This document shows, one piece after another, positions 37,989-47,896 of a DNA stretch of 64,000 nucleotides. The stretch is taken from assembly GCA_964619685.1 (NCBI GenBank), contig CAZUET010000001.1, forward strand, positions 7,719-71,718. Direction: 5' to 3'. Position 1 is the first letter of the stretch. Each line of letters opens with the position of its first letter. Under the pieces are notes generated by a model. The model was given only the letters and a program-made list of their open reading frames with translations. It was not told the origin of the DNA and did no database searches. A program made the translations under genes and the position numbers. This DNA is from an uncultured Christensenellaceae bacterium (GTDB lineage: Bacteria; Bacillota; Clostridia; Christensenellales; CAG-1252).

Positions 37989-38771
37989 ATGGATTTTTTT
38001 GAAGTAGTAAAAGGGATATTTTCGGAAAAATTATATATTCAACAGGTTCTTAGAGGTATCGGTTTAACATTATTGGTGTCGATAGTAGGTACCATTATGG
38101 GACTCTTGATTGGCTTAATAGTTGGTGTTATTCGTACCTATCCTGTTAGTCCGCACAATAAGGTCGGTAGAGTATTTAAGAAGATTGTTGATTTTATTAT
38201 AGGTGCATATGTCGAGGTGTTTAGAGGCACTCCTATGATGGTACAAGCTATGGTCATCTATTGGGGCTATGCTGCTCTTTCGGGTGGTAAAACACTTGAT
38301 GTAACCGTGTCTGCTTTGTTTATCGTCAGCATAAATACCGGAGCGTATATGGCTGAGATCGTAAGAGGTGGTATAATCTCAATAGACAAGGGACAATTTG
38401 AGGGAGCAGAGGCAATTGGAATGAGCCATTTCCAAACAATGGTATATGTAGTAATTCCCCAAGTCATGCGTAATATTCTACCATCCGTTGCAAACGAGTT
38501 TATAATCAACATTAAGGATACGTCTGTATTGAATGTTATTGGTTTTGCCGAGCTGTTCTTTGTTACTAAGGATATAGCTGCTAATAACTATTTGGTATTT
38601 GAAACCTATTTATTAGCGGCGATCATCTACTTTATTTTGACCTTTGGTATCAGTAGGATCCTTTTATTGATCGAGCGCAAGCTTGCCGGCAGTAAAAACT
38701 ATGTTATTAAGGGATCGGGCAATATGGACGCCGAATCCATAGCTATCACCAACGAGGTTGGTAAGGAGTAA
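37989..38771 (+). CDS. polar amino-acid ABC transporter permease
   Basis: 260 aa; His/Glu/Gln/Arg-type permease with EAA loop [20 protein letters not shown]. Confidence 0.85.
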   Translation: MDFFEVVKGIFSEKLYIQQVLRGIGLTLLVSIVGTIMGLLIGLIVGVIRTYPVSPHNKVGRVFKKIVDFIIGAYVEVFRGTPMMVQAMVIYWGYAALSGGKTLDVTVSALFIVSINTGAYMAEIVRGGIISIDKGQFEGAEAIGMSHFQTMVYVVIPQVMRNILPSVANEFIINIKDTSVLNVIGFAELFFVTKDIAANNYLVFETYLLAAIIYFILTFGISRILLLIERKLAGSKNYVIKGSGNMDAESIAITNEVGKE

Positions 38772-38773
38772 TT

Positions 38774-39559
38774 ATGAACGAAACAATTAATAACGAACGG
38801 ATTAATGATAGCGAATATATTATAGAGGTCGAGCATGTAGGTAAGGTCTTTGGTGACCACGAGGTTTTGAATGATATCGACTTTAAGGTTAGAACCGGCG
38901 AGGTGATTTGCATAATCGGCTCGTCCGGTAGCGGTAAGTCTACCCTTTTACGCTGTATAAACAAGTTCGAAGATATTACGACAGGTTCAATATCATATCG
39001 TGGTGATAATATTGACACCATCCATGATCGTGCACTTTTCCGAACCAAGGTGGGAATGGTATTCCAATCTTTTAACTTGTTCAACAATATGACTGTTCTA
39101 AAAAACTGTATAATAGGACAGACCAAGGTACTTAAAAAGTCTAAGCAAGAGGCTGAAGAAAACGCACTCAAATATTTAGAAATGGTCGGTATGGGCGAAT
39201 ATGTCAATGCAAAACCGCATCAATTATCGGGCGGACAAAAGCAAAGAGTTGCTATAGCTCGAGCGTTGGCAATGCAACCCGAGATCCTTCTTTTTGACGA
39301 GCCTACATCAGCATTGGACCCTGAAATGGTCGGCGAGGTTTTGGATATAATGAGAGAACTTGCAGGTTCGGGCTTGACTATGCTTGTGGTAACTCATGAA
39401 ATGGGTTTTGCACAAGATGTTGCGACAAGGGTACTGTTTATGGATCAGGGCGTAATAGTCGAGGACGACACTCCCGAAGTGATATTCACTAATCCAAAAG
39501 AGGAGCGTACAAAAGAATTCCTCAAGCGTGTATTGTCAAACGACACTCAAAACGCATAA
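38774..39559 (+). CDS. polar amino-acid ABC transporter ATPase (GlnQ-like)
   Basis: 261 aa; [43 protein letters not shown]. Confidence 0.9.
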   Translation: MNETINNERINDSEYIIEVEHVGKVFGDHEVLNDIDFKVRTGEVICIIGSSGSGKSTLLRCINKFEDITTGSISYRGDNIDTIHDRALFRTKVGMVFQSFNLFNNMTVLKNCIIGQTKVLKKSKQEAEENALKYLEMVGMGEYVNAKPHQLSGGQKQRVAIARALAMQPEILLFDEPTSALDPEMVGEVLDIMRELAGSGLTMLVVTHEMGFAQDVATRVLFMDQGVIVEDDTPEVIFTNPKEERTKEFLKRVLSNDTQNA

Positions 39560-39567
39560 ATACAAAT

Positions 39568-39598
39568 AAAAAAGTATGTCTATTCGGCATACTTTTTT
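39568..39598. terminator. bidirectional intrinsic terminator
   Basis: AAAAAAGTATG-tctattcgg-CATACTTTTTT, between the convergent ABC operon and the vWA gene. Confidence 0.7.
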
Positions 39599-39635
39599 AT
39601 TTGCTAATACAAGTTTTTCCCATATATGTCAATTG

Positions 39636-40502
39636 TTACTGCGAGGATTTTTTTGCGATCGTTGCGAATGCGTTTCTTATACCGGAATCTTTGGTTGTTA
39701 TAGAGCCGTCCGGTGATGATATTTTTTTGAGGAAATGTTTATCGGCACCGGAACAACCGATAGTAAGAATTTTTACTCCTTTTGCTTTGATTTTATTTGC
39801 TTGTGCAATATGCACGCTTTTGGAACCAAACCAGTCTCCGTCGGTAAGTATTACAAGATAACGGTTATTAGATGCATTCAAAAAATCACTAAAGCATTGA
39901 TCACTTAAAACCGTATCAAGGGGTGAAGTCGTGCCACCGCCGGGTAAAAGCTTATTTATAAGCAGTTCTATTTTTTTGAGGTCAGTGGTTAGAGGTGACT
40001 GAACAACAACATCTGATTCAAATGATATGAGAGCCATACGGCAGCTTTGGCTGTACTTTTTTATAAAATCCTCAATTGCGGCTTTTTTTACAGTTTCAAG
40101 ACGGGATCCATACATACTGCCAGATACATCGATTGCAAGTATTATATCTGCGCTACCAACTGAGCCACTACCGCTACACATTATACGACCTTGGACTGTA
40201 GCATTGGGAAGACTGTCCTTTTTACCGCAGTTCGGACAAACTGCCTTAGACTGTGTCGAGCCGTCATAGCATATGAACTTTCCACACGAACAGCATTGAT
40301 ATAAATGATTATTTCCGCATGTGCATCTAAATGTGGATGCCGTATAAAATTCGCCGGAAACATTTGTTGCACTTGATTCATTTCCGCCATAAGCCCGAAA
40401 TGAGCCTTTTGCAACGAGCTTGTTCCCTTCTTGAACGAATTGAAACCCCACTTCTTTTTTTGTGGTAGAACACATTCCAACAATAGGTGTAATCGTAGCC
40501 AT
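39636..40502 (-). CDS. vWA-domain protein with N-terminal Cys-rich (zinc-ribbon-like) domain
   Basis: 288 aa; SD GGAGG. N-terminal cluster CTCG-x8-CCSCG-x2-C-x11-CPNCG. Complete MIDAS set: DVSGSM, GGGTTSP, LTDGD. Confidence 0.75.
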   Translation of the reverse strand: MATITPIVGMCSTTKKEVGFQFVQEGNKLVAKGSFRAYGGNESSATNVSGEFYTASTFRCTCGNNHLYQCCSCGKFICYDGSTQSKAVCPNCGKKDSLPNATVQGRIMCSGSGSVGSADIILAIDVSGSMYGSRLETVKKAAIEDFIKKYSQSCRMALISFESDVVVQSPLTTDLKKIELLINKLLPGGGTTSPLDTVLSDQCFSDFLNASNNRYLVILTDGDWFGSKSVHIAQANKIKAKGVKILTIGCSGADKHFLKKISSPDGSITTKDSGIRNAFATIAKKSSQ

Positions 40503-40794
40503 ATTATTTCCTCCGTATTTTTTACAAGTTATTGACCGACAAACCGTTTAATTTTGCCGATAGATTATTTATTATATCCATATTCATAGTAATATACCTT
40601 CAAATAATAGGTGAATGAACACGAACATAGATCAATTCCGTCTTTATTCTTATTATAGGCTCAAGCAATTTAGATTGTAAACAACGGGATTAAGATTATA
40701 ATGATCTATGTATGAAAATTAACTGATTATTTTATTGTCAACAACCATGTGCGAACGTCGTATCATACTTAGTGTAAGAATATGGTATGTGAGG

Positions 40795-42330
40795 CTATAC
40801 AATGAATGCAAGGGCTATTAGACAGGTGCAGAGTAAGCCCTTTTTGAGATAGTTTAGGGAGCAATAGTCGGAAAAGATGACTAATGCGGAGTACCAAAAC
40901 GGCAAGCCTCCTTCAGAAAATGTAAGATTAAATGACAACCTCGGTTTGGATAATGTGTTAGCAATATACGAAGAAAGTAACACAATATATCTTGCAGCGA
41001 TAGCAAAAGGCTTTACTAATAAGGTCAATGCCGAAATAGGTATACAGATAAATGTAAGCACATATGCCACACTTGTCAGCGGAATAATAAAGAAGCTACC
41101 AACGATTGCCATTGGCGAAAATGAAGAGAAAAAGTATGCACCCATCGGAATCAGTGATATTGTGATCGATAAATTAAGCATTAGTGCCTCGCCTGTTTTC
41201 TTAAATCTACCAAGTGATTCAAGCGGTCTTTTCATTATTGGATATATCAAATATGCACCAAGCACAGCACCATAACTTAATAAGAAACTCATATCACCCA
41301 ACCATACAGGCTTGAAAATCAAAGACACGAAAGCGGCAAAGCACCAAATTGATATTTTATCGGGGCATGCCCTAAAATTTGTTAGGAAACTCGCCATTAA
41401 AAACATTATCGACGCCCTTAATACCGATGGAGAAAAATTGCACAAATAGGCATAAAAGCCAAAGACGGGAAGTAATACAAAGGGTGTTACCTTAGCAGGA
41501 ACACGCAACTTTTTACATATAAATGTTAGGACAGAGCTTAAAACGCCTATATGAAGTCCCGATACAGCGAATACATGTGCGACACCGATGGCGGTAAAAC
41601 TGAATTTGATATCATAATCAAGATATTCCGATTCGCCAAACATGATACTCATAAGATAATTTGCAGTATCGTTATCTGTGGTTTTAATAAATGCGTCTTT
41701 GATAAAGGATACTATTTCATTTCTTGGCGATTTATAAGAGGTAAACTCATATTGGAAAAGATCGATATCAAGCTCGTAATATATGCCCTTAGCTATACGA
41801 TGCAGTTGGTATGTATCTGTTATTTCGAAAGTTGTCAAAGTACCGCCAAACCCGATATAATCGCCTACCTTTGCATCTATGTTGGTAATCAAAACATTTC
41901 CGTTAAGCTTTTTACCCTCTAAAACTACATCACCGACGATAACTTGACCGCTGTTCGATATAGATTCGACCACACCCGTACCTGTATAATAGCCCGATTC
42001 TATATAATCGTTTCTGTTAAATGAATATAGGTAAAGAAACCCCTCAAAGGACAGCACTATGGCGACAATACAAGCGATTATAAGCCGTTTATCGAAAACT
42101 CCGAAAAAGCCAAAAAGCAACAATATACTTGCAAGCCCCACATAAATCCATACAATATATCTATACCAGAAGAACCACGCCACAAGCCCCAAGACGAAAA
42201 ATATCAGTATAACCGGCAACGGTCTGATTACAATCATTCTCCGCTTATTGATGTTTCGTCTTAACTCGTATGTTACATTATTTTCCATTTGTACAGATTT
42301 TTTTGATATGTATATAAAATTACGGAACAA
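40795..42330 (-). CDS. comEC: ComEC/Rec2-family DNA-uptake channel (no metallo-beta-lactamase domain)
   Basis: 511 aa polytopic protein; Competence-domain motif GVAHVFAVSGLHIGVL. The true start may be the internal MENNV... (42288). Confidence 0.8.
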   Translation of the reverse strand: MFRNFIYISKKSVQMENNVTYELRRNINKRRMIVIRPLPVILIFFVLGLVAWFFWYRYIVWIYVGLASILLLFGFFGVFDKRLIIACIVAIVLSFEGFLYLYSFNRNDYIESGYYTGTGVVESISNSGQVIVGDVVLEGKKLNGNVLITNIDAKVGDYIGFGGTLTTFEITDTYQLHRIAKGIYYELDIDLFQYEFTSYKSPRNEIVSFIKDAFIKTTDNDTANYLMSIMFGESEYLDYDIKFSFTAIGVAHVFAVSGLHIGVLSSVLTFICKKLRVPAKVTPFVLLPVFGFYAYLCNFSPSVLRASIMFLMASFLTNFRACPDKISIWCFAAFVSLIFKPVWLGDMSFLLSYGAVLGAYLIYPIMKRPLESLGRFKKTGEALMLNLSITISLIPMGAYFFSSFSPMAIVGSFFIIPLTSVAYVLTFICIPISALTLLVKPFAIAARYIVLLSSYIANTLSKPRLSFNLTFSEGGLPFWYSALVIFSDYCSLNYLKKGLLCTCLIALAFIV

Positions 42331-42369
42331 TTTATATCGTATCGGTGTACGAAAATTGTTCCGTATTAA

Positions 42370-42567
42370 CTATTTTTGTTTATAGTACAGCATACAATGG
42401 CAATATCCCTCGAAGCTGTTATCCTTAATCTGGTCACGAAATTCCTTACAAATACATTTTGTATTTTCGTTATGAACCAATCGACAAGGACAATATCCGC
42501 CATTTTCCTTCATTTTGTTTTTTAAAGATTCGACGACCTCTTTATCGGGATTTAACAATATTTTCAT
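42370..42567 (-). CDS. small Cys-rich protein, ferredoxin-thioredoxin-reductase catalytic-subunit-like
   Basis: 65 aa; SD GAAGGAG. Pattern GGYCPCR...CICKEF...GYCHCMLY resembles the FTR beta CPC/CHC arrangement. Confidence 0.55.
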   Translation of the reverse strand: MKILLNPDKEVVESLKNKMKENGGYCPCRLVHNENTKCICKEFRDQIKDNSFEGYCHCMLYYKQK

Positions 42568-42592
42568 AATTTACTCCTTCTATTTAGTATGA

Positions 42593-43414
42593 TCAACCGA
42601 ATATTTTATATGCTAATATGGTGAGGATTAAAAGATCGCCTGCTCCGCCGGTAGATAGTGATGTTCTTGCAAAATAAGAACACATTGCATCGAGATTTTC
42701 GGCATTATAATTGTTGAATACATAGTCGGCAATAGTTTTTGCATCAGCGACCAATGAGCATTGACGGGTATACATACAAGTATCGTCAATGGTTGCAATC
42801 AGCTTCAATAAGGTTTTTCTATTTACGTCCGCTTTATCGAGGCCCGAGGCTATAAGCTCACGGTATAAAGGAAGAGAAACATCAAATACTGTCTTATATC
42901 CCGATTGAGCCTCAGCCAACGCACCGCCAACATCGAAGCTTTCCCTTACCAACGCACCCTTCGTTTCTCTTTCGGGTTTAATAAATGAAGCAAGGTTTTC
43001 GATTTCCTTAGACAATGCTTTTTCTGTTATATCCACACCGTTTGCTTGAAGTCTAAAATAACAAGAAGCAAAAAGAGCAGTTGCAAAAAGCGTGCCTTTA
43101 AGCACATTAGTTTTTTCGCATGCCTCGAGAAGTTCTTTTTCGGCACTTGCTCCCGTTTGTTTAATAACTGCAATCGCTTTTTCAGGCTCCAACTCTGCAG
43201 TGACCGTTCCCGAATATGCTATAGTCAACAAATGCAAATTGATAACAGTCAATCCTCTTAGCATCAATGGATAATCCATATCAACATGTGCAGACGGTCC
43301 CGACGGATTAACCAAGCCGGGCTTCTTTTCGGTAGCAAGTTGCTCCATTATGCTTTGTTTGGTTTTTTCTACAAATTCAATTATTTCCATACAAATACTT
43401 TTAATTTTGAACAA
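42593..43414 (-). CDS. CitG/MdcB-like triphosphoribosyl-dephospho-CoA synthase family protein
   Basis: KKPGLVNPSGPSAHVDMDY compares with CitG KPGLVD..GAH.DM. GGALAEAQSGY also matches. C-terminal STGGAGDLLILT compares with SPGGSADLLA. Start uncertain (TTG 43414 or ATG 43390). Confidence 0.6.
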   Translation of the reverse strand: MFKIKSICMEIIEFVEKTKQSIMEQLATEKKPGLVNPSGPSAHVDMDYPLMLRGLTVINLHLLTIAYSGTVTAELEPEKAIAVIKQTGASAEKELLEACEKTNVLKGTLFATALFASCYFRLQANGVDITEKALSKEIENLASFIKPERETKGALVRESFDVGGALAEAQSGYKTVFDVSLPLYRELIASGLDKADVNRKTLLKLIATIDDTCMYTRQCSLVADAKTIADYVFNNYNAENLDAMCSYFARTSLSTGGAGDLLILTILAYKIFG

Positions 43415-43422
43415 AAAGCCTA

Positions 43423-44295
43423 CTAGTTATCGTCGTTAATTTCGATATCGTCAATATCATCGTCGTCTTGATCGAAGTCGTCTGCATCTTTCGGCTGTAA
43501 TTCGGATATATTATAGCGATTATAAGAATAATCACCATCACCCTTATATATCTTAACAACGACATCCTTGCGAAGCATATCGAGCTGTTCGACCGTACCT
43601 TCTCCGTCCGGAGTTTGTATTTTTGCGTGGAGCTTTGGCATTTCTTTTGCCGTTTCGGTATAGTATTCGCTTTCGTATTTCAAACAGCACATCAATTTAC
43701 CGCACATACCGCTGATTTTAGTAGGATTCAAGGATAAGCCTTGGACTTTAGCCATTTTAATGGTAACCTTTTCGTAATCTTGTAGGTATGTTGTACAACA
43801 GCACGGACGACCGCATGGAGCCATTGAACCACGAATTTTAATATCATCTCTTTCGTATATCTGTCTAAGCTCGATCCTTGCCTTGAGCGCACCTGCAAGG
43901 TCCTTGACCAATTCTCTAAAATCGATCCTGCCGTCTGCAGTAAAATAAACGGTAACCTTTTTTCCGTCAAAGGAATACTCACAATCTACGACCTTAAGCT
44001 TTAAACCGTGTTTTTCGGCTTTTTCGACGGTGGTCTTCATAGCCTCAGTTCTTTGGGATTGAAGTTTGAGTACCTGGCGCTTATCCTTTTCGGTCGCTTT
44101 ACGAATGATAGGTTTAAGCTCGTGTGTTATTTCGCTATTATCAATCTCCTTATTAGCAATGGAAACAGTTCCGAATTCCACGCCTTTAGCAGTTTCGACA
44201 ATAACATTATCGCCTTCGACAAAAACCTCGTCGAGTGGATCGAAGTAATATGATTTAGAACCATTTTTAAATTTAACGCCTATTATTTTTTGCAT
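43423..44295 (-). CDS. ricT: PSP1-domain protein RicT/YaaT
   Basis: 290 aa; SD GGAGGA. MQKIIGVKFKNGSKSYYFDP...; Cys cluster CGRPCCC...CGKLMCCLKYE; acidic tail. Confidence 0.9.
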   Translation of the reverse strand: MQKIIGVKFKNGSKSYYFDPLDEVFVEGDNVIVETAKGVEFGTVSIANKEIDNSEITHELKPIIRKATEKDKRQVLKLQSQRTEAMKTTVEKAEKHGLKLKVVDCEYSFDGKKVTVYFTADGRIDFRELVKDLAGALKARIELRQIYERDDIKIRGSMAPCGRPCCCTTYLQDYEKVTIKMAKVQGLSLNPTKISGMCGKLMCCLKYESEYYTETAKEMPKLHAKIQTPDGEGTVEQLDMLRKDVVVKIYKGDGDYSYNRYNISELQPKDADDFDQDDDDIDDIEINDDN

Positions 44296-45248
44296 TTGGA
44301 TTTTTCCTCCGCTATTTTCAAAAGAAAACAGTCAATTATGTTGATATTATTTATGTAGCAAGTCGTTTTGTGCTTAGATAAGCTTATCTCATCCATTATT
44401 TCGGCGATTCCCGACAATGTTAATGATTGGGCTAATTGCTGATACAAATAGACCAAGTCACCGAATGTCACAGCCGATTCCAGCTCCGACTTGATATACA
44501 GCACATCTTTAAATATTATTTCTGTCGTATCTAACGCCTTTGCGAGATCAGCAAAAGCTTTATTATTAATATAATTCGGCACATCGGAGCTATTACCAAT
44601 GGCATTATAGATATTTACAAGCTCGTAAGCCTCATTAACAAATGATGCATCCTCGCTAAGTTTAGACGCAACGGATATCGATCCGTCAGCTACACGGGCT
44701 ATTTCTCTATAATTAGCTACGCCCCGATAATATAACCAGTTTTGTAATTCTGTTCGTGGTATTGGTGCTTGGGTTACCTTTTTAACTCTCGATAAAACTG
44801 TCGGTAGTATACCTATATCTGAATTGGCGGTCAAAAGAATATGCACGCCTACGGGTGGCTCTTCGAGCGTTTTTAGTAATTTATTTTGAATGATTGTCGA
44901 CTGAGTATTGAAAGCTTTGATAACATATATCTTATCTCCGCCCTCAACCGGTGTAAGATAGGTGCCGTCTATCATTTCATTGAGTTGCTCTACGGTCACA
45001 TTTTCGCTTTCCGCATTTACATATGTGACATCGGGTTTGACCATATTCATAACCTTTTTACACTCGGCACATTCCATACATGCATCCTTACAATAAACAC
45101 GCATGATGACAGCCGTCAAAAGGTTATCAAGAGCAATAGGATCGGACGATAAAAGAAGATATGCATGCGAAAAAGAGTTATCGATATCTCTATCGAAGAT
45201 TTTAAACGCAGTTGTATTTTTAATTATCTTGATTAATCCATTATCCAT
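44283..45248 (-). CDS. holB: DNA polymerase III delta-prime subunit
   Basis: 321 aa; HAYLL, Zn module CMECAECKK, LLKTLEEPP, LPTVLSR. Lies upstream of ricT as in Bacillus. Confidence 0.85.
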   Translation of the reverse strand: MDNGLIKIIKNTTAFKIFDRDIDNSFSHAYLLLSSDPIALDNLLTAVIMRVYCKDACMECAECKKVMNMVKPDVTYVNAESENVTVEQLNEMIDGTYLTPVEGGDKIYVIKAFNTQSTIIQNKLLKTLEEPPVGVHILLTANSDIGILPTVLSRVKKVTQAPIPRTELQNWLYYRGVANYREIARVADGSISVASKLSEDASFVNEAYELVNIYNAIGNSSDVPNYINNKAFADLAKALDTTEIIFKDVLYIKSELESAVTFGDLVYLYQQLAQSLTLSGIAEIMDEISLSKHKTTCYINNINIIDCFLLKIAEEKSKCKK

Positions 45249-45250
45249 AT

Positions 45251-46402
45251 TTATTCCAGTCCAAAGACTCTTTGGGCGTCACGCTGTAACACCTCGATGA
45301 CCTCTGAAGTAATTATCTCTCCTTTTTTTATATATACCTTACCGGGTGGGTACAAGCCGATATCTTTAACGGCTACAGTTCCTATTAATTCGGATAGATC
45401 TCGTCCGCAAACAATGGGTGCAAACGGATCGAGAGCTTCCAAAAGCTTTAATTTTGAATAATTGAAGGGCGTAACTATAGCAACTAAACGCCTATCTTCA
45501 ACAAGCTCGAAATAGATCCCCGACTCTTGCGCTAAACGAGCTACGGCATAACCGTTAGTTGATTTTGGTACATCTATTACCAATCTCGTAAAATCGTCCG
45601 ATGGCACTATACTAAATCCGTTCGGTAGGTTTAAGTTATCAATAGCCGTCTTAATGCTCGAATATAACCTTTCTCCGTTATCTTGCATATATCCACGAGC
45701 AAAGTCCATAGAACACATTGTTAGGTATGACGGACTCGTTGTATGCACCTTTGAGCGGAAATAACGGGCTTTATCTGCCAGATCGTCAGAATCTGTCCTT
45801 AATATGGCACCGCCTGTATAAACGGGCAATGTCTTATGCAATCCGTTGATGACCATATCCGCTTCTGCCGTCACATTTTTAGGTAATAGCGAGCTATAAG
45901 GATAATGTGCACCGTGTGCTTCATCTACGATTATAAAAGCATTAGGAAACTTATTTCTTATATCTTGAACAGATATAATATTACCATAATAATCGGGCGT
46001 TGTCAAAATCAAGGCTTTACAATCAGATGGGATTGTATCGACTGCTTCAATATCTATATTGAAAAGCTCACCTGCATTAACTATGCTTTTATGTGGTGTG
46101 CCTAAGCAATACAGTTTATTTGCATACTCTTTTGCAGTCAAAATTGCACAAAAAATTGCCGTAGTCGCACCCGAGGTGAAGTATAAGCAATGCTTTGAGC
46201 CGTATGCATTGGCAGTTAGCCTTTCGCTCTCTGCAATAACTCCACAAGCAGAGTGTAAGTTGTCCGAAAAATCTAATTCTGTAATATCGAACGGTGCGGA
46301 TGAATATAATGGGGATAGCTCTCCGTCTCCGCTTGTTCCCGGCATATGGAGTCTTAGGCTCGGATGATAATTAATTACAGCATCGTATAGCGGTGTTTTC
46401 AT
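45251..46402 (-). CDS. PLP-dependent Orn/Lys/Arg decarboxylase-family protein (YaaO-like, short)
   Basis: The ATG at 46402 forms an ATGA overlap with the upstream stop. VDEAHGAH and INGLHKTL (PLP lysine). Sits next to holB as B. subtilis yaaO does. Confidence 0.75.
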   Translation of the reverse strand: MKTPLYDAVINYHPSLRLHMPGTSGDGELSPLYSSAPFDITELDFSDNLHSACGVIAESERLTANAYGSKHCLYFTSGATTAIFCAILTAKEYANKLYCLGTPHKSIVNAGELFNIDIEAVDTIPSDCKALILTTPDYYGNIISVQDIRNKFPNAFIIVDEAHGAHYPYSSLLPKNVTAEADMVINGLHKTLPVYTGGAILRTDSDDLADKARYFRSKVHTTSPSYLTMCSMDFARGYMQDNGERLYSSIKTAIDNLNLPNGFSIVPSDDFTRLVIDVPKSTNGYAVARLAQESGIYFELVEDRRLVAIVTPFNYSKLKLLEALDPFAPIVCGRDLSELIGTVAVKDIGLYPPGKVYIKKGEIITSEVIEVLQRDAQRVFGLE

Positions 46403-47178
46403 TCCTTCCATACCGCCCATAACGAAAATGACATACCGCCGTCAAGAATTAGATCAATATCTATTTCTTTGCAGATTTTAGCGGTCGAAGTTGATGAACG
46501 ATATTCCCAATGCGAGAACTCCTTACCGTCACAAACAGCAGGGAGCAGTTTTACCGTTCCCATTGTAATATCATAAGCTACGATATTAGGATTATCTGCA
46601 TCCTTGCAGTTCATATATGCAATGGTGTACTTAATTGGCTCAGGGCGATATTCAAGAGTTAAATCACCAAATATTTCATCCGATACTGCGATTGTAAAAT
46701 AATCTGTTTCGCTATAATACCAATTACCCATTTCGTGATAGCCCTTGCCGAGTGAGGCTTGCGGTAGACTTACGCCTTCACCGTATACATATGAGTCGGG
46801 TAAATCACCGTTAAAATCATATTCATCGGCATTTTTATAAGTTATTGAATAAGTGTTCGGAGCAAAACCAAGATACAAGGTTAGATTTTCATTGTATGTA
46901 CCGTCAACAGCATTGAACCGTTCGGTGCAGTCTTTATCAATAAACCATGCAATAGATTTACCTATCGGGATATCCTTTAATTCGGGAATTGGTAGAGAGA
47001 TATCTTGACCGATCTCAAAAAAAATGCCTTCGGGCGTAGTGCAGTCATATCCGTTAACATCAAACGAAATAAAGATTCTTTTAACCTCGTCGACGGGTTT
47101 TTCATTCTCACAGCCGACACCGATGAAGGTTAAAGCGACTAAATATATTGTGAATAGGACTGCAAATATTTTTTTCAT
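46399..47178 (-). CDS. lipoprotein with Listeria-Bacteroides (Flg_new) repeats
   Basis: 259 aa; lipobox FIGVGC. Repeat signatures IAWFIDKDCTERF...NLTLYLGF, GNWYYSE, FSHWEY. Confidence 0.7.
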   Translation of the reverse strand: MKKIFAVLFTIYLVALTFIGVGCENEKPVDEVKRIFISFDVNGYDCTTPEGIFFEIGQDISLPIPELKDIPIGKSIAWFIDKDCTERFNAVDGTYNENLTLYLGFAPNTYSITYKNADEYDFNGDLPDSYVYGEGVSLPQASLGKGYHEMGNWYYSETDYFTIAVSDEIFGDLTLEYRPEPIKYTIAYMNCKDADNPNIVAYDITMGTVKLLPAVCDGKEFSHWEYRSSTSTAKICKEIDIDLILDGGMSFSLWAVWKE

Positions 47179-47232
47179 AGATTAATTATATCACTTTTAG
47201 TTGTTTCTTTCAATAACTTTATCTATTTTTGA

Positions 47233-47865
47233 CTAATATTTTAAAATGAAAGTGTTTTTATGATAATCTATCAAACCTTCGTCACGCATTTTTGACAGCT
47301 CTCTTGAGAGTGCCGATCTGTCTACGCAAATATAATCTGCAAGCCCCTGACGGTCAAAGGGCATAGTTATTACCCTTTTACCCGATTTTTTTTCAAGCTC
47401 ACCAAAATATGATAGCAATTTTGCCCTTATGCTTCTTTTTGATAGGTGTCTTATCTTTGTGATTAAAAATGCACTTTTATTCGCAAGTACGGTTATTAAG
47501 TTACGATAGATGATTGATTTATAAGGATATGTATCGGGAAGATCGTTGATAGCATCATTGCTTATAATCAAGGCACGCCCGTCCGTTATTGCCCTAAGAT
47601 CGGCAGGGATTAGCGAATCTGTAAATGCAAACGCACCGCCGAATAATCCACCGCTACCTATACCCGAAAGGATACTGACTTGACCGTTTGTGTCAACATT
47701 TTCAAGCACCAATTCACCATCTAAGCAAACAAAAATATCCGAAACTTTTTCGCCGTAATGTAAAATTATTTGGTTTTTGACAAAATTCAATTCATTAACT
47801 CGAAGTTTTTTTAGTAACTCGGGTAAATTTTCGTCGTCAATTCCGATAAAAAGTGGGCAATTCAT
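47233..47865 (-). CDS. Crp/Fnr-family transcriptional regulator
   Basis: 210 aa; cNMP-binding-like barrel plus C-terminal HTH RQGLADYICVDRSALSRELSKMRDEGLI. Confidence 0.85.
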   Translation of the reverse strand: MNCPLFIGIDDENLPELLKKLRVNELNFVKNQIILHYGEKVSDIFVCLDGELVLENVDTNGQVSILSGIGSGGLFGGAFAFTDSLIPADLRAITDGRALIISNDAINDLPDTYPYKSIIYRNLITVLANKSAFLITKIRHLSKRSIRAKLLSYFGELEKKSGKRVITMPFDRQGLADYICVDRSALSRELSKMRDEGLIDYHKNTFILKY

Positions 47866-47882
47866 ATCTTATTTTCCTTTTT

Positions 47883-47896
47883 GTTGCAAATGCAAC
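47883..47896. promoter_or_regulatory. perfect palindrome GTTGCA-AA-TGCAAC in the divergent promoter region (candidate operator)
   Basis: Read directly. Lies 18 nt upstream of the Crp/Fnr start codon and 83 nt upstream of the ABC SBP gene. A second palindrome ATTGTA-A-TACAAT is at 47912-47924. Confidence 0.3.
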
